Shown: positions 19,425 to 33,559 of the stretch, piece by piece
Layout: each line of letters begins with the position of its first letter
Position numbering within the stretch: the first letter of the stretch is position 1
DNA from: Actinomycetota bacterium
GTDB lineage: Bacteria; Actinomycetota; Actinomycetes; S36-B12; UBA10799
NCBI GenBank assembly: GCA_020637055.1
Contig: JACJWR010000002.1
Location: 271,802 to 335,801 of the forward strand
DNA length: 64,000 nt
Reading direction: 5' to 3'
Made by a program: the position numbers and the translations under genes
The notes under the pieces: model-generated
What the model saw: only the letters and a program-made list of their open reading frames with translations
The model's database searches: none
Told to the model about the DNA's origin: nothing

Positions 19425-19457
19425 GATTGCCCCCGCTAGGATCGTCGCGGTCACCAC

Positions 19458-19802
19458 TTGGAGGTACGTGTGCAGGAGTTATTGCCCTTGCTCTTCTTGG
19501 GCGCCGTCTTTCTCGGTTTCTACCTATTCATCATCCGACCCGCCCAGAAGCGCCAGCGCGATGCCGCCGCAGTGGTGGCGCGTCTCGCCGTGGGTCAGGA
19601 AGTGATGACGACCGCCGGGATCTTCGGAACGCTGCGCGCGGTGGACGACGAGACGGTACTGATCGAGGTGGCACCGGGGACTGCCGTGAAATACGCGAAG
19701 GTCGCGATCGCGCGAATCGTCGATGACCCCAACGTGGCACCTGCCTCCGAGTCCGACGCCGATGCCGATCGAGCCGGCGGCGACCGCGACTCCAACGCCT
19801 AG
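19458..19802 (+). CDS. yajC: Preprotein translocase subunit YajC
   Basis: A single TM helix followed by IRPAQKRQRD and GQEVMTTAGIFG, in the position before secD. The start may be GTG 19470. Confidence 0.85.
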   Translation: MEVRVQELLPLLFLGAVFLGFYLFIIRPAQKRQRDAAAVVARLAVGQEVMTTAGIFGTLRAVDDETVLIEVAPGTAVKYAKVAIARIVDDPNVAPASESDADADRAGGDRDSNA

Positions 19803-19807
19803 AGTCG

Positions 19808-21511
19808 ATGGCGCCCCCACGCCGGTACCGGCCCGGCCGAACACTCCTGGTGCTTGCCGTGGTGGTGATCGGGCTGCTCGTCTGGGCCTTCTGGCCCGGC
19901 ACCAGCCACACGCCGCGACTCGGTCTCGACCTCCAGGGCGGCACCCAGGTGATCCTGGTCCCGCGTCCGATCGGCGACTCGGGGCCGGTGACTGACGTCG
20001 CGCTGAAGCAATCGGTGGAGATCATCCGCCAGCGCGTCAACGCTTTCGGTGTTGCTGAGGCAGAGGTCACGACGCAGGGCTCCGGCGACGGCGCGGCTAT
20101 CGTGGTGAGCGTTCCGGGGGTGAACCAACAGGAGATCGCCGAGCAGATCAAACAGACGGCCCTGTTGGACTTCCGGGCCGTCGCCACCATCGTCGGGCCC
20201 GAGGCCCTTCCGCCGGAAGCGACCGAACCCAGTGAGTCCCCGTCGCCTGCGGCCCAGTCCCCGTCGCCTGCGGCCGAGTCCCCGTCGCCTGCGGCCGAGT
20301 CCCCGTCGCCTGCGGCCGAGTCCCCGTCGCCTGCGCCATCGCCCACCGCGGCAGAGTCGCTGCTCGGTCCGGTGGAGGGCGACAGCGCCGACGATCCGAG
20401 ACTGCTCGAGGCGCTCACAAACCTCGATTGCACGCTGCCGGAGAATTTGCAGGGTGGCCGACCGGACAACCCGGACAAGTGGATCGTCGCCTGCGACTCT
20501 GACGGCACGGCGAAGTTCCTGCTGGAACCGGCGTTCTTGCGGGGCACCAACGTCACCAGCGCGCAGGCGAACCTCTCCCAGCAGGGCGGCGGCTGGCAGG
20601 TGGATCTGGAATTCGACGACGAAGGCGCCACCGCCCTTGCCGAAACCTCCAGTCGACTGGTCGGGCTGCCGTCACCGCAGAACCAGTTCGGAATCGTGCT
20701 CGACGGCCTGGTGCAGTCGGCGCCGGTGTTCCAGCAGGCGATTTTGGGCGGCCAGGCACAGATCTCCGGGAACTTCACCATCGAGACCGCCCAGAGCCTG
20801 GCGAACATCCTTCGCTACGGGGCGCTGCCGGTCACCCTGGACGTGGCCGAGGTGACCACCGTGTCGCCCACACTCGGCAGCGACCAGTTGCGGGCCGGCG
20901 TGCTGGCTGGACTCCTCGGCCTGGCCTTGGTGGGTGGCTACCTGCTGCTCTACTACCGGGCACTTGGCCTGGTCGCCGTGTTCTCACTCGTGCTCGCCGG
21001 TGTCATGACCTATGCGGTCTTCGTCGTGCTCAGTCGCACGATCGGCCTTGCGCTGACCCTTGCCGGGGTCGCCGGTGCCATCGTCGCGATCGGCGTCACG
21101 GCGGATTCGTTCATCGTCTATTTCGAACGTATCCGGGATGAGATCCGCGAGGGTCGATCCCTGCGGTCGGCGGCGGACACTGGCTGGGCGCGTGCCCGCA
21201 ACACCATCTTGGCGGCCGACTTCGTGTCGCTGCTCGCCGCGGTCATCCTCTACTCGGTATCGGTCGGCAATGTCCGGGGCTTCGCCTTCGTCCTGGGCCT
21301 TACCACCGTGATCGACGTGATCGTCGCCTTCATGTTCACCAGGCCGCTGGTATCGGCGTTCGCGCGGACCGCGTGGTTCAACTCCGGCAGCGCCTTGACC
21401 GGAGTGAGTCCAAAGCGACTCGGTGTGAGTCCAGAGTTGATCCTGGAGCGCGACTCGACGCCGGCGCCGTCGTCGAAGGTCGCCGCAGGGAAGGGGGCTG
21501 ATGATGTCTAA
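19808..21511 (+). CDS. secD: Protein translocase subunit SecD
   Basis: 567 aa with LGLDLQGG, a periplasmic domain and a C-terminal 6-TM bundle (SADTGWARARNTILAADFVSLLAAVILY). It contains an in-frame tandem repeat. Confidence 0.95.
   Translation: MAPPRRYRPGRTLLVLAVVVIGLLVWAFWPGTSHTPRLGLDLQGGTQVILVPRPIGDSGPVTDVALKQSVEIIRQRVNAFGVAEAEVTTQGSGDGAAIVVSVPGVNQQEIAEQIKQTALLDFRAVATIVGPEALPPEATEPSESPSPAAQSPSPAAESPSPAAESPSPAAESPSPAPSPTAAESLLGPVEGDSADDPRLLEALTNLDCTLPENLQGGRPDNPDKWIVACDSDGTAKFLLEPAFLRGTNVTSAQANLSQQGGGWQVDLEFDDEGATALAETSSRLVGLPSPQNQFGIVLDGLVQSAPVFQQAILGGQAQISGNFTIETAQSLANILRYGALPVTLDVAEVTTVSPTLGSDQLRAGVLAGLLGLALVGGYLLLYYRALGLVAVFSLVLAGVMTYAVFVVLSRTIGLALTLAGVAGAIVAIGVTADSFIVYFERIRDEIREGRSLRSAADTGWARARNTILAADFVSLLAAVILYSVSVGNVRGFAFVLGLTTVIDVIVAFMFTRPLVSAFARTAWFNSGSALTGVSPKRLGVSPELILERDSTPAPSSKVAAGKGADDV
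20234..20338 (+). repeat. Five tandem copies of a 21-bp unit (gagtccccgtcgcctgcggcc) inside secD, encoding (E/Q)SPSPAA x5
   Basis: Read directly. Units start at 20234, 20255, 20276, 20297 and 20318. Copies 3 and 4 are identical to copy 1, copy 2 differs at 1 nt, and copy 5 degenerates at its end. Confidence 0.9.
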
Positions 21512-22640
21512 GGTCGGCAACTTCACCAACCGGCTCTACCGCGGCGAGGTCTCCTACGACATCGTCGGACGCACCAAGATCTGGTACATCGTCTCGGCCG
21601 TGATCCTGGTGCTGGCCGCCGTCGGGCTCTTCGGTCGCGGTCTGAACTTGGGCATCGAGTTCCGCGGCGGCGCAGAGTTCGTCGCGCCCGCCAACACCTG
21701 CACCTCCCAAGATGTGCGCACGGTGGCCGAGGATCAAGGTGCTAGCGCGGTCATCACGCAGGATTTGGGCGACAACCGCGTGCGCCTGCAGACCGAGGCG
21801 CTCACTGCCGAGCAGAGCGCCTCGATGGTCAGCGCCCTGGCCGACGCCTGCGACACGACCGCCGGGGAGATCAAGGTGCAACTGGTCGGCCCGACCTGGG
21901 GCGGCGAGATCACCAAGAAGGCCCTCACCGGACTGGTGGTCTTCCTCATCGCCGTCGTGATCTTCCTCTCGCTGTATTTCGAGTGGCGGATGGCGGTCGC
22001 GGCCATGATCGCGCTGCTCCACGACGTCGTCATCACAGTGGGCATCTACGCCCTGGTGGGTTTCGAGGTGACCCCGGCAACCGTGATCGGTGTGCTGACA
22101 ATCTTGGGCTACTCCCTCTACGACACCGTGGTGGTGTTCGACAAGGTGAAGGAGAACACCCGCGACATCATGGGCCAGAGCCGGATGACCTACAGCGAGG
22201 CCGCGAACCTGGCGCTCAACCAGACTCTGGTCAGATCGATCAACACCTCGATCGTGGCGCTGCTGCCGGTGGCCGCGATCCTCTTCGTCGGCGTCGGCGT
22301 CCTCGGTGCCGGCACGCTGAAGGATCTCGCCCTGGCACTGTTCATCGGTCTCATCGCCGGCACCTATTCGTCGATCTTCGTCGCCACCCCGTTGTTGTGC
22401 CAGCTCAAGGAGCGCCAGCCGCAGATCAAGGCGCTCCACTCCCGCGTGATGGCTCGCAGGTCGAGTGGCAACCGCGGGGCGGATCCCGCGGCGGCGGTTG
22501 CCAGCGCCGGCGCGGCGTCCACGGCGGACGGGGGGTCCGCCACGGCAGGGGCGACAGCGCCGGTGCGCAAGGAGCGTCCGCATCGCCAGACCGGGCCGCG
22601 CAACCAGCCCAAGCGCACACCACGAAGTAAACGGGGCTGA
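21501..22640 (+). CDS. secF: Protein translocase subunit SecF
   Basis: N-terminus FTNRLYRGEVSYDIVGRTKIWY and the GIEFRGG motif, with a 6-TM domain. An extended Ala/Arg-rich C-terminal tail is present. The start overlaps the secD end. Confidence 0.95.
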   Translation: MMSKVGNFTNRLYRGEVSYDIVGRTKIWYIVSAVILVLAAVGLFGRGLNLGIEFRGGAEFVAPANTCTSQDVRTVAEDQGASAVITQDLGDNRVRLQTEALTAEQSASMVSALADACDTTAGEIKVQLVGPTWGGEITKKALTGLVVFLIAVVIFLSLYFEWRMAVAAMIALLHDVVITVGIYALVGFEVTPATVIGVLTILGYSLYDTVVVFDKVKENTRDIMGQSRMTYSEAANLALNQTLVRSINTSIVALLPVAAILFVGVGVLGAGTLKDLALALFIGLIAGTYSSIFVATPLLCQLKERQPQIKALHSRVMARRSSGNRGADPAAAVASAGAASTADGGSATAGATAPVRKERPHRQTGPRNQPKRTPRSKRG

Positions 22641-22691
22641 CTTCAGGCTCTGCCATTACACTTGCAGCACCTGTGAGGCGAGGAGGCGGCG

Positions 22692-24971
22692 ATGACCAAC
22701 GACGCTGTTGCCTCGCACGTGCCCGAGGCCACCAACGCCCCGAGCATCCCCCCGCGCCGACGGCTCTCCCGTTTCGGCAGGCTGGGAGTCGGCCGGCACA
22801 GCGACCCGATGCTCGAGCCGGTGCGGCGCGGCTTGAAGAAATTCCATCCGAGGTGCGACTGGGACTCGGTGGAGCGAGCCTTCGAAGTCGCCGCCTACTA
22901 CCACCGGGATCAGCGTCGTCGTAGCGGTGATCCCTACATCACCCACCCGGTCGCGGTGGCCACGATCCTGGCCGAACTCGGCATGACCACGTCGACGATC
23001 GTGGCCGCGCTGCTGCACGACACCGTCGAAGACACCGACTACACCCTGGAAATGCTCAGCGCGGACTTCGGTGAAGAGGTCGCCGCGCTGGTGGACGGCG
23101 TCACCAAACTGGACAAGGTCAAATACGGCTCGTCGAGCGCGGCCGAAACCGTTCGGAAGATGGTCGTGGCCATGGCTCGGGACATTCGGGTCCTGGTTGT
23201 GAAACTCGCCGACCGGCTGCACAACATGCGCACTTTGGCTGCGATGCCGCCGAACAAGCAGGAGAGCAAGGCGCGCGAAACGTTGGAGATCTACGCTCCG
23301 CTGGCCCACCGACTCGGAATGAACACCCTCAAGTGGGAACTCGAGGACCTCGCCTTCGCGACTCTCTACCCCAAGCTCTTCGAAGAGATCTCGGCCATGG
23401 TCACCCAGCGGGCACCCGGCCGCGAGGAGTACCTCGGCCGGGTGATCGGGGCGGTGGAGGAAGACGTCCGCAAGGCCAAGATCCGCGCCACCGTCACCGG
23501 GCGGCCCAAGCACTACTACTCGATCTACCAGAAGATGATCGTTCGAGGCCGGGACTTCGCCGAGATCTACGACCTGGTCGGGGTGCGGATTCTGGTCGAC
23601 TCGGTGCGCGACTGCTATGCGGTACTCGGCATCCTGCACTCGAGGTTCGCACCGGTGCCCGGCCGGTTCAAGGACTACATCGCGATGCCCAAGTTCACGA
23701 TGTACCAGTCCCTGCACACCACCGTCATAGGTCCGGATGGAAAGCCGGTGGAGATGCAGATCCGGACGTTCGACATGCACCGCACGGCGGAGTTCGGGGT
23801 GGCGGCCCATTGGCGCTACAAACAAGACGACGTGGGCGGCAAGCAAGGCCCGGACGATTTCGGCTGGTTGCGCCAGTTGCTCGAGTGGCAACGCGAGGTC
23901 GATGATCCGGATGAGTTCCTGGAGGGGCTGAGCTACGAACTCGGCACCGCCGAGACCTACGTGTTCACCCCACGCGGAGACGTGATCGCGTTGCCCACCC
24001 AGTCCACCCCGGTGGACTTCGCCTACGCCGTGCACACCGAGGTGGGGCATCGGTGTGTGGGTGCCAAGGTCAACGGCAAACTCGTTCCGCTCGAGAGCGA
24101 GCTTGGCAATGGTGATGTGGTCGAGATCTTCACGGCCAAATCGGACAGCGCCGGGCCGAGTCGGGACTGGCTCCGTTTCGTCAAGTCAAGCCGGGCGAAG
24201 AGCAAGATCCGGGCCTGGTATTCCAAGGAGCGGCGCGAAGAGGCGGTGGAGAAGGGCCGCGAGGCGCTCATCCGAGGTCTGCGCCGCAGCGGGATGGGCG
24301 TGGCGCGCACCGTCGACGGCCCGGAGTTGGCCGCGATCGCCTCGGACATGCACTACCAGGACATCTCCGCGCTGTTCCGTGCCATCGGCGACCACCACGT
24401 CTCGGTGGACACCGTCATCGAACGCCTGATCGCGTCTCGCGGGGGCATCGAGGCCGCCCGCGACGACGTTGCGGAGGCGCTCAACCCGGTCAGCCTGCAA
24501 CGCCGCAGCGCAACAGCCTCGGTGAACGGCAACGTCGGCGTGAGCGTCGACGGCAGCGATGATGTCTGGGTCAAGTTGGCCAAGTGCTGCACCCCGGTGC
24601 CGGGCGACGACATCGTCGGCTTCGTCACTCGTGGTCACGGAGTCTCGGTGCACCGCAGCGACTGCGGCAACTTGCCGGAGCTCGAGACCCAGCCGCAGCG
24701 ATTCGTGGCGGTGCATTGGGCACCCACCGCGAACACCGCCTTCCTGGTGAACATCTCCGTGGAGGCCCTCGACCGCGCGGGCCTGCTCTCCGACGTGACC
24801 AGGGCACTGTCCGAGCAGCACGCCAACATCCTGTCGGCGACGGTGTCCACCAGCAAGGATCGGGTCGCCACCTCTCGCTTTACCTTCGAGATGGCCGACC
24901 CGCAGCATCTCGGGGCGGTCCTCGCAGCGGTGCGGAACATCTCCGGCGTCTACGACGCCTACCGGGTCTGA
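22692..24971 (+). CDS. relA: Bifunctional (p)ppGpp synthetase/hydrolase RelA/SpoT homolog
   Basis: 759 aa. The HD domain ([15 protein letters not shown]...LLHDTVEDT), the synthetase domain ([21 protein letters not shown]), and TGS and ACT domains are all present. Confidence 0.95.
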   Translation: MTNDAVASHVPEATNAPSIPPRRRLSRFGRLGVGRHSDPMLEPVRRGLKKFHPRCDWDSVERAFEVAAYYHRDQRRRSGDPYITHPVAVATILAELGMTTSTIVAALLHDTVEDTDYTLEMLSADFGEEVAALVDGVTKLDKVKYGSSSAAETVRKMVVAMARDIRVLVVKLADRLHNMRTLAAMPPNKQESKARETLEIYAPLAHRLGMNTLKWELEDLAFATLYPKLFEEISAMVTQRAPGREEYLGRVIGAVEEDVRKAKIRATVTGRPKHYYSIYQKMIVRGRDFAEIYDLVGVRILVDSVRDCYAVLGILHSRFAPVPGRFKDYIAMPKFTMYQSLHTTVIGPDGKPVEMQIRTFDMHRTAEFGVAAHWRYKQDDVGGKQGPDDFGWLRQLLEWQREVDDPDEFLEGLSYELGTAETYVFTPRGDVIALPTQSTPVDFAYAVHTEVGHRCVGAKVNGKLVPLESELGNGDVVEIFTAKSDSAGPSRDWLRFVKSSRAKSKIRAWYSKERREEAVEKGREALIRGLRRSGMGVARTVDGPELAAIASDMHYQDISALFRAIGDHHVSVDTVIERLIASRGGIEAARDDVAEALNPVSLQRRSATASVNGNVGVSVDGSDDVWVKLAKCCTPVPGDDIVGFVTRGHGVSVHRSDCGNLPELETQPQRFVAVHWAPTANTAFLVNISVEALDRAGLLSDVTRALSEQHANILSATVSTSKDRVATSRFTFEMADPQHLGAVLAAVRNISGVYDAYRV

Positions 24972-24985
24972 CCGACCACGGTCAG
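24968..24985. terminator. Short hairpin (7-bp stem, 4-nt loop) between convergent relA and the DUF349 gene, spanning both stop codons
   Basis: ctgaccg-acca-cggtcag read directly. The relA TGA is at 24969-24971 and the opposite-strand stop is at 24982-24984. There is no U-tract, so terminator function is uncertain. Confidence 0.3.
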
Positions 24986-26373
24986 GCGTATTTCCTCGCC
25001 GCGGCGAGCAACTCCTCCTGCGCCTGCAACTCTGACTCCACCGCTGCGGTGTCGCCGCCTTGGGCTCGTACTTGCTCGAGTTGATCCTTGAGTTTCCGCA
25101 CGGACTGCTCGTAGAGACCCACCATCATCTGGGCCCGGGCACTGCGCTCCGGGTCGGACTTCCGCCACTGCTCCTGTTCAGCCGACTTGATCGCCTCGTC
25201 CACCTTGTGCAGGCGGGCGTCCAGTTTGGGTTTGTCGGCCCGAGGTACGTGTCCGATGGCGGCGTAGCTCGACTGCAGGTGGCGGAACTCCCGCCGGGCT
25301 GCCTTGTGATCCCGCACCGGCAGCAGTGCTTCGGCTTTGGCGATCACCTCGCGCTTGGCTTCCAGGTTGCGTTGCCACTCCTGGTCCCGGCTGTCCAGCG
25401 CGGCCTTGCGAGCGTTGAAGAAGGTGTCCTGCGCCTTGCGGAAGGCATGCCAGAGCTTGTCGTCGTCCGGCTTGCCGGCGAAGCCCGCCTTCTTCCAGCG
25501 ATCCATCAACTCCCGGTAGGCCCGGGAGGTGGCGTTCCAGTCCTGCGAGTCGGCCATCGCCTCGGCCTCGGCCACCAACTTCTCCTTCGCGGCCTTGGCG
25601 GCGGCGTGTTGTTTGTCCAGTGCCGAGAAGTGCGTGCGCCGAGCCTTGTCGAAGGACGACCGCGCGGCGCTGATGCGTTGCCATAGTTCCTGTTCGGACG
25701 CCCGGTCGAATCGCGGGATCGTCTTCCACTCATCGACCAGGGATCGGAACTTCTCAGTGGTCTTGCGCCAATCCGTGGAACTTGCCAGTCCCTCGGCCTC
25801 GGTCACGATCGCTTCACGTCGGGCGGTCGCCGCCTGCCGGGCGGCCTCGCGCTCCTCGACCAAAGTCTCCCGGCGCACGTTGATGAGGATCTCCAACTGG
25901 TGCACCCGGTCGGCAAGTCCGGCGAGGTCCCCGACGAACTTCGGATCCAGCAACGCCGCCCGCACGCGTTCGACGGTGCGTTGCGCCTCGTCCGGGGAGA
26001 GTTTGCCCTCGGCCATCCGCTGGCCGGCGAGATCCACATCGACTACCAGGTCGTCGAAGCGCCGGGCGAACATCCGCAGACCGTCCTCGGCGGAACCGGC
26101 CGCCCATTGCCCGACGAACTGTTCGTTGCCGTCGGGCAGAGTCACGAAGACGTTTCCGTCGGAATCGATCCGGCCGAACTTCTCCGATGGCGACGGACCG
26201 GCTGCTCGCGGGGGACGCAAACCGGGCTCGCCGGGTTTGGAGCGCCCCACCTGCGACGGAAGGGGAGGAAGCGGGGCGGGTGCCTCGGCCGCCGGGGTGT
26301 GCTCGTCGGTGCCGGCGGTCCGCGTCGGCTCCGCAGTGCCTTCCCCGCCTTCGAGGGTCTGTTCGTCCATCAT
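24982..26373 (-). CDS. DUF349 domain-containing protein
   Basis: Repeated helical modules have the W..F..A pattern (WKTIPRFDRASEQELWQRISAARSSF, WKKAGFAGKPDDDKLWHAFRKAQDTF). The start is taken at MMDEQ (26373). The rest of track ORF 24982..27054 overlaps opposite-strand genes. Confidence 0.8.
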   Translation of the reverse strand: MMDEQTLEGGEGTAEPTRTAGTDEHTPAAEAPAPLPPLPSQVGRSKPGEPGLRPPRAAGPSPSEKFGRIDSDGNVFVTLPDGNEQFVGQWAAGSAEDGLRMFARRFDDLVVDVDLAGQRMAEGKLSPDEAQRTVERVRAALLDPKFVGDLAGLADRVHQLEILINVRRETLVEEREAARQAATARREAIVTEAEGLASSTDWRKTTEKFRSLVDEWKTIPRFDRASEQELWQRISAARSSFDKARRTHFSALDKQHAAAKAAKEKLVAEAEAMADSQDWNATSRAYRELMDRWKKAGFAGKPDDDKLWHAFRKAQDTFFNARKAALDSRDQEWQRNLEAKREVIAKAEALLPVRDHKAARREFRHLQSSYAAIGHVPRADKPKLDARLHKVDEAIKSAEQEQWRKSDPERSARAQMMVGLYEQSVRKLKDQLEQVRAQGGDTAAVESELQAQEELLAAARKYA

Positions 26374-26445
26374 CCCGCCCTGCTCGGTGACTCGGTCAGG
26401 CACTAGCCTAGGGCGCATATGTACCGGACCGCGGAAGGAGTAGCC

Positions 26446-26868
26446 ATGGAACGCGACGACCTTGGCGAGTTGATCGTGATGTCGGCGGCGGACGTCGAGG
26501 ACATGCCGTGGCAACAACTCGGCGACGATCCGGGCGTGGTGCAGAAGTTGCTGTGGCGTTCCGGTTCGGTGCGGCTGGGTCTGATGCGGATCGAACCGGG
26601 CAGTGAGAACCCGGTGCACATCCACGAGTCGGCGCAGCATCACATCCTCGTCACCCAGGGTGAGGCGGAGATGGTGGGAACGCGGATGTCGGCCGGTGCC
26701 TACATCTACGTGCCGCCGGGTGTTCCGCACGGCGTCTCCAGCGTCGGCCCGGATGGCGTCACCTTCTTCTACACCTACCGTCCCGTCACCGGTGCCGAAC
26801 CGGAGGAGCAGCAGGACCGCGGTCGGCATCCGGCGGTGTCGGACGCCCAAGCGGCCGTGGCCTTCTAG
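26446..26868 (+). CDS. Cupin domain protein
   Basis: Cupin motifs are PVHIHESAQHHILVTQGE and the second motif YIYVPPGVPHGV. GGAAGGAG lies 5 nt upstream of ATG 26446. Confidence 0.75.
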   Translation: MERDDLGELIVMSAADVEDMPWQQLGDDPGVVQKLLWRSGSVRLGLMRIEPGSENPVHIHESAQHHILVTQGEAEMVGTRMSAGAYIYVPPGVPHGVSSVGPDGVTFFYTYRPVTGAEPEEQQDRGRHPAVSDAQAAVAF

Positions 26869-26887
26869 CCCGCGAAGCGAGGATCGG

Positions 26888-27574
26888 GTGTTCGTCTCCG
26901 GCTTTCCCGCCGGCCCCTGGGGTACCAACTGCTTCGTCGTGGCGGAAGCTCCTGGCTCGGAGTGCCTGATCATCGACCCCGGCATGGATGCGATGGCCCG
27001 GGTCGACGAGATCGTGGCAGACAACCGGCTCAAGGTCGCGGCGGTGGTGCTCACCCACGGCCACCTGGATCACACCTGGTCGGTGTTCGGGGTCTGTGAG
27101 TCCGCCCAGGTCCCCGCCTACATCCACTCCGACGATCGGGTGATGCTCGCCGATCCGGCCGTGGGTTTTTTGCCGGAGATGGTGGCCGCTGTGCGCTCCA
27201 TGACCGGCGGCAGGTTCGAATTCGCCGAGCCGGACGATGTGGAGGAACTCACCGACGGCGGTCGGATCGACATTCTCGGCGTCAGTTTGGGAGTACGTCA
27301 CACGCCTGGTCACACACCGGGATCGGCGGTCTTCACCCACCCGGGTGGCGACGGCATGCCACCGTTGCTGTTCAGCGGCGACCTGCTCTTCGCCGGCAGC
27401 ATCGGCCGCACCGACCTGCCCGGGGGCGATTCGATCGCCATGATGCGTTCACTGTCCACCGCGCTCACCTCGCTCACCGATGACACGGTGGTGTTGCCCG
27501 GACACGGCCCGCAGACCACGATGGCTCAGGAGCGTGCCACGAACCCGTTCCTCACCGGCCAGGCGTCGCTGTGA
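26888..27574 (+). CDS. MBL-fold metallo-hydrolase (glyoxalase II-like)
   Basis: THGHLDH metal motif and [12 protein letters not shown] 26888 begins [18 protein letters not shown]. It sits before hisS, as in mycobacterial synteny. Confidence 0.85.
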   Translation: MFVSGFPAGPWGTNCFVVAEAPGSECLIIDPGMDAMARVDEIVADNRLKVAAVVLTHGHLDHTWSVFGVCESAQVPAYIHSDDRVMLADPAVGFLPEMVAAVRSMTGGRFEFAEPDDVEELTDGGRIDILGVSLGVRHTPGHTPGSAVFTHPGGDGMPPLLFSGDLLFAGSIGRTDLPGGDSIAMMRSLSTALTSLTDDTVVLPGHGPQTTMAQERATNPFLTGQASL

Positions 27575-28866
27575 GCGCAGGCAGCTTCCGCGCCCCGAAG
27601 GGCGTGGCCGAATACGTCGACGACCGAGCCGCGGCGTTCGATGCGGTGCGCGAGGCGCTCACGGGCGCGGCGCAGGTCGCCGGCTACGCGATGTTGGAAT
27701 TGCCGGTCTTCGAGGACACGGCGCTGTTCGTGCGGGGCGTGGGTGAGAGCACGGACGTGGTGAGCAAGGAGATGTTCACCTTTACCGATCGCGGCGGTCG
27801 TTCCCTCACCTTGCGCCCGGAAGGCACCGCCGGAGCCTTGCGCGCGATCATCGAACATGGACTCGACCGTGGGCAGTTGCCGGTGAAAGTGCTCTACTCC
27901 GGTCCATTCTTCCGGGCGGAGCGGCCGCAGGCTGGAAGGTATCGGCAGTTCAGCCAGGTCGGGGTGGAGGCAGTCGGAAGCGACGATCCGGCGCTGGATG
28001 CCGAGGTCATCGCCATCGCGGATGCCGGATACCGGGACTTGGGCCTGCGCCGGTTCCAACTGCTGCTCAACTCCCTCGGGTGCCGTGAGTGTCGCCCGGG
28101 ATACCGCTCGCACCTGCTCGCCTACCTCGCCGGATTCGACCTCGACCCCGCCACTCGCGAGCGTGCCGAACTCAATCCGCTGCGGGTGCTGGACGACAAG
28201 CGGCCGGAACTCGCGGAGATGATCGCCGCGGCACCGATGCCGGTGGATCACCTCTGCGAGGAGTGCCGGTCGCACTACGACGCCGTTCGCAGCTACCTCG
28301 ACGCACTCGGTGTGCCCTGGTCGGAGGCGCCGCGGCTGGTGCGGGGTTTGGACTACTACACCAGGACCACCTTCGAGTTCAGCCACGAGTTGCTGGGTGC
28401 GCAGTCGGGAATCGGAGGCGGCGGCCGGTACGACGGACTCGCAGCCGACCTCGGTGGTGCCGACGTCGGCGGCATCGGCTTCGGCCTGGGTGTGGACCGG
28501 ACGTTACTCGCCTGCGAGGCTGAAGGATTGACCCCCGGCGACGAACCCCGGATAGACGTCTACGGGATCGCCCTCGGCGAGCAGGCGAAGCCGACCTTGG
28601 TGGCCACCCTGGGGCAGTTGCGTCGATCAGGAGTGCGTACCGACATGTCGTTCGGTTCCCGCGGACTGCGCGGCGCGATGAAGGCGGCGGATCGATCGGG
28701 TGCGCCGTGGGCGTTGCTGATCGGTGAAAGGGACTTGTCCGCCGGTGCACTCACCTTGCGGAATCTGTCGACCGGCGAACAGGTGCAGGCTCCGCTGGAC
28801 GACATCGATGAGATCATCCGGCGGATCACCGCCGAGGGAGAGGTAGACAATGCTGCGCACCCGTGA
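27571..28866 (+). CDS. hisS: Histidine--tRNA ligase
   Basis: Class II motifs are [21 protein letters not shown] and GGGRYDGL. Length is 431 aa. Confidence 0.95.
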   Translation: MSAGSFRAPKGVAEYVDDRAAAFDAVREALTGAAQVAGYAMLELPVFEDTALFVRGVGESTDVVSKEMFTFTDRGGRSLTLRPEGTAGALRAIIEHGLDRGQLPVKVLYSGPFFRAERPQAGRYRQFSQVGVEAVGSDDPALDAEVIAIADAGYRDLGLRRFQLLLNSLGCRECRPGYRSHLLAYLAGFDLDPATRERAELNPLRVLDDKRPELAEMIAAAPMPVDHLCEECRSHYDAVRSYLDALGVPWSEAPRLVRGLDYYTRTTFEFSHELLGAQSGIGGGGRYDGLAADLGGADVGGIGFGLGVDRTLLACEAEGLTPGDEPRIDVYGIALGEQAKPTLVATLGQLRRSGVRTDMSFGSRGLRGAMKAADRSGAPWALLIGERDLSAGALTLRNLSTGEQVQAPLDDIDEIIRRITAEGEVDNAAHP

Positions 28867-30601
28867 GGCAGGCTCGCTGCGAGCCGACGACGCCGGCGAC
28901 ACCGTCACGCTGGCGGGCTGGATCGCACGTCGGCGCGATCACGGCGGGGTGGCGTTCTTCGACCTACGCGATGCCTCAGGAGTTGTGCAGATCGTGGTGC
29001 GCGACGATGCCCAGGCACATCACCTGCGCAATGAATACTGCGTGCAGGTGACCGGCGAGGTGTCCCGCCGACCGGAGGGCAACGAGAACCCCCACGTGGC
29101 CACGGGTGCGGTCGAAGTGATCGTCGAGACGCTGACGGTGCTCAGCGAATCCGCGCCGCTTCCGTTCAGCCTCGACGAGCACACCGAGGTCGGTGAGGAA
29201 ACCCGGCTGCGGTACCGCTATCTGGATCTGCGGCGGTCCGAACCCGCGCGCATCCTGCGCATGCGGTCCAGGGTCAACAAAGTGGCCCGCGATGTGCTCG
29301 ACGCGGAGGCATTCGTCGAGGTGGAGACGCCGACCCTTACACGCTCCACGCCGGAGGGAGCGCGCGACTTCCTGGTGCCGGTCAGGCTGCAGCCAGGCAA
29401 GTGGTACGCGTTGCCGCAGTCCCCGCAGCTGTTCAAGCAACTGCTCATGGTCGCCGGCATGGAGCGGTACTACCAGATCGCGCGCTGCTACCGGGATGAG
29501 GACTTCCGGGCGGACCGGCAGCCTGAATTCACCCAACTCGACATCGAAATGTCCTTCGTCGATGCCGCCGACGTCATGGCCGTGGGCGAAGACGTCGTCA
29601 AGGCGCTGTGGTCGGACGTGTTGGACTATCAGATCGGCGACATCGGCCATATCACCTACGCCGATGCCATGGCCAGGTACGGCACCGACAAGCCGGACCT
29701 TCGCTTCGGCCTCGAATTGACGGACCTGACCGACTACTTCGCCGAGACGCCGTTCCGGGTGTTCCAGGCGCCCTACGTCGGTGCCGTGGTGATGCCCGGC
29801 GGTGCCGATCAGCCGCGCCGGGCCCTGGACGCCTGGCAGGACTGGGCGAAGCAGCGCGGCGCCCGCGGGTTGGCGTACGTCCTGTTCACACCGGATGGAC
29901 CCGCGGGACCGGTGGCCAAGAACCTCTCCGAGGCCGAACGTGCTGGGCTCATGGCGGCGGTCGGAGCCGAAGTGGGCGACTGCGCATTCTTCGCGGCCGG
30001 CAAGCCGTCCGAGGCGCGCGGGCTGCTCGGCGCGGCCAGGCTGGAGATCGGGGACCGGCTTGACCTGATCGACCCGGCGGAATGGTCGTTCGTGTGGGTG
30101 GTGGACGCTCCGATGTTCGAGGAGATCGATCTCCCCGACGGTGGGACCGGCTGGACGGCGGTGCATCACCCGTTCACCTCGCCGACCGCGGAATGGCTCG
30201 ACCGTTTCGACGCCGAACCCGGCCAGGCGCTGGCCAGCGCCTACGACCTCGTGTGCAACGGCAACGAGATCGGCGGCGGATCGATCCGTATCCACCGAGG
30301 CGATGTGCAGGAGCGGGTGTTCGACGTGCTCGGTCTTTCCCACGAGGAGGTCGCGGAGCAGTTCGGCTTCCTGCTCGAGGCTTTCGACTACGGGCCGCCG
30401 CCGCACGGCGGCATCGCGTTCGGGTGGGACCGGATCTGCATGCTGCTCGCCGGTGCGTCGTCGCTGCGCGAGGTCATCGCCTTTCCGAAGACGGGGGCCG
30501 GGTTCGATCCGTTGACCTCGGCGCCGACTCCGATCACCGCCGAGCAACGCGCAGAGGCAGGTGTGGACGCCGACCCCGAGGCCGAGTCCGAAGTAGGCTG
30601 A
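28850..30601 (+). CDS. aspS: Aspartate--tRNA ligase
   Basis: OB-fold N-terminus ([19 protein letters not shown]), [24 protein letters not shown] and GGGSIRIH. A 17-nt overlap with hisS. Confidence 0.97.
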   Translation: MLRTREAGSLRADDAGDTVTLAGWIARRRDHGGVAFFDLRDASGVVQIVVRDDAQAHHLRNEYCVQVTGEVSRRPEGNENPHVATGAVEVIVETLTVLSESAPLPFSLDEHTEVGEETRLRYRYLDLRRSEPARILRMRSRVNKVARDVLDAEAFVEVETPTLTRSTPEGARDFLVPVRLQPGKWYALPQSPQLFKQLLMVAGMERYYQIARCYRDEDFRADRQPEFTQLDIEMSFVDAADVMAVGEDVVKALWSDVLDYQIGDIGHITYADAMARYGTDKPDLRFGLELTDLTDYFAETPFRVFQAPYVGAVVMPGGADQPRRALDAWQDWAKQRGARGLAYVLFTPDGPAGPVAKNLSEAERAGLMAAVGAEVGDCAFFAAGKPSEARGLLGAARLEIGDRLDLIDPAEWSFVWVVDAPMFEEIDLPDGGTGWTAVHHPFTSPTAEWLDRFDAEPGQALASAYDLVCNGNEIGGGSIRIHRGDVQERVFDVLGLSHEEVAEQFGFLLEAFDYGPPPHGGIAFGWDRICMLLAGASSLREVIAFPKTGAGFDPLTSAPTPITAEQRAEAGVDADPEAESEVG

Positions 30602-30880
30602 GGCCTCTGGTTCACAAGCCTGGAGGTCGACGATGGCACGCATGGTCTGGGTGGCGATTGGTGCCGCCGGCGGCATCTACGCCTACAAGAAGGTCAGCAA
30701 GGTCGTCGAAGACGCCCGCGGCCGGACTCTGGTGGGCAACGTCAACGCGGCCACGGCCAGCGCCAACTCCTTCGTCGAGCGCACCAAACACTTCGTCGCC
30801 GCCGTCGGCGCCCCCACGTCCCCGCCCGAGGCCGACGGTGGAGCGGCGGAGCCGGTGCCGCTTGCCAGTAGGCTGCGGAC

Positions 30881-33555
<2,675 letters not shown>

Positions 33556-33559
<4 letters not shown>

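Noticed and set aside
20234-20338. Possible CRISPR-like array
   Set aside because: The repeats are directly tandem with no spacers, the unit is 21 bp, and the array lies in-frame inside secD. No cas genes are present in the window.
19531-20808. 425-aa minus-strand ORF, including the ATGTRPQ repeat ORF at 20148-20339
   Set aside because: It is antisense to secD. Its repeats are simply the reverse complement of the in-frame secD SPSPAAE repeat.
26374-27054. N-terminal extension of the 690-aa minus-strand ORF beyond MMDEQ
   Set aside because: It overlaps the plus-strand cupin and MBL genes and has no DUF349-like repeats. The DUF349 gene is taken to start at 26373.
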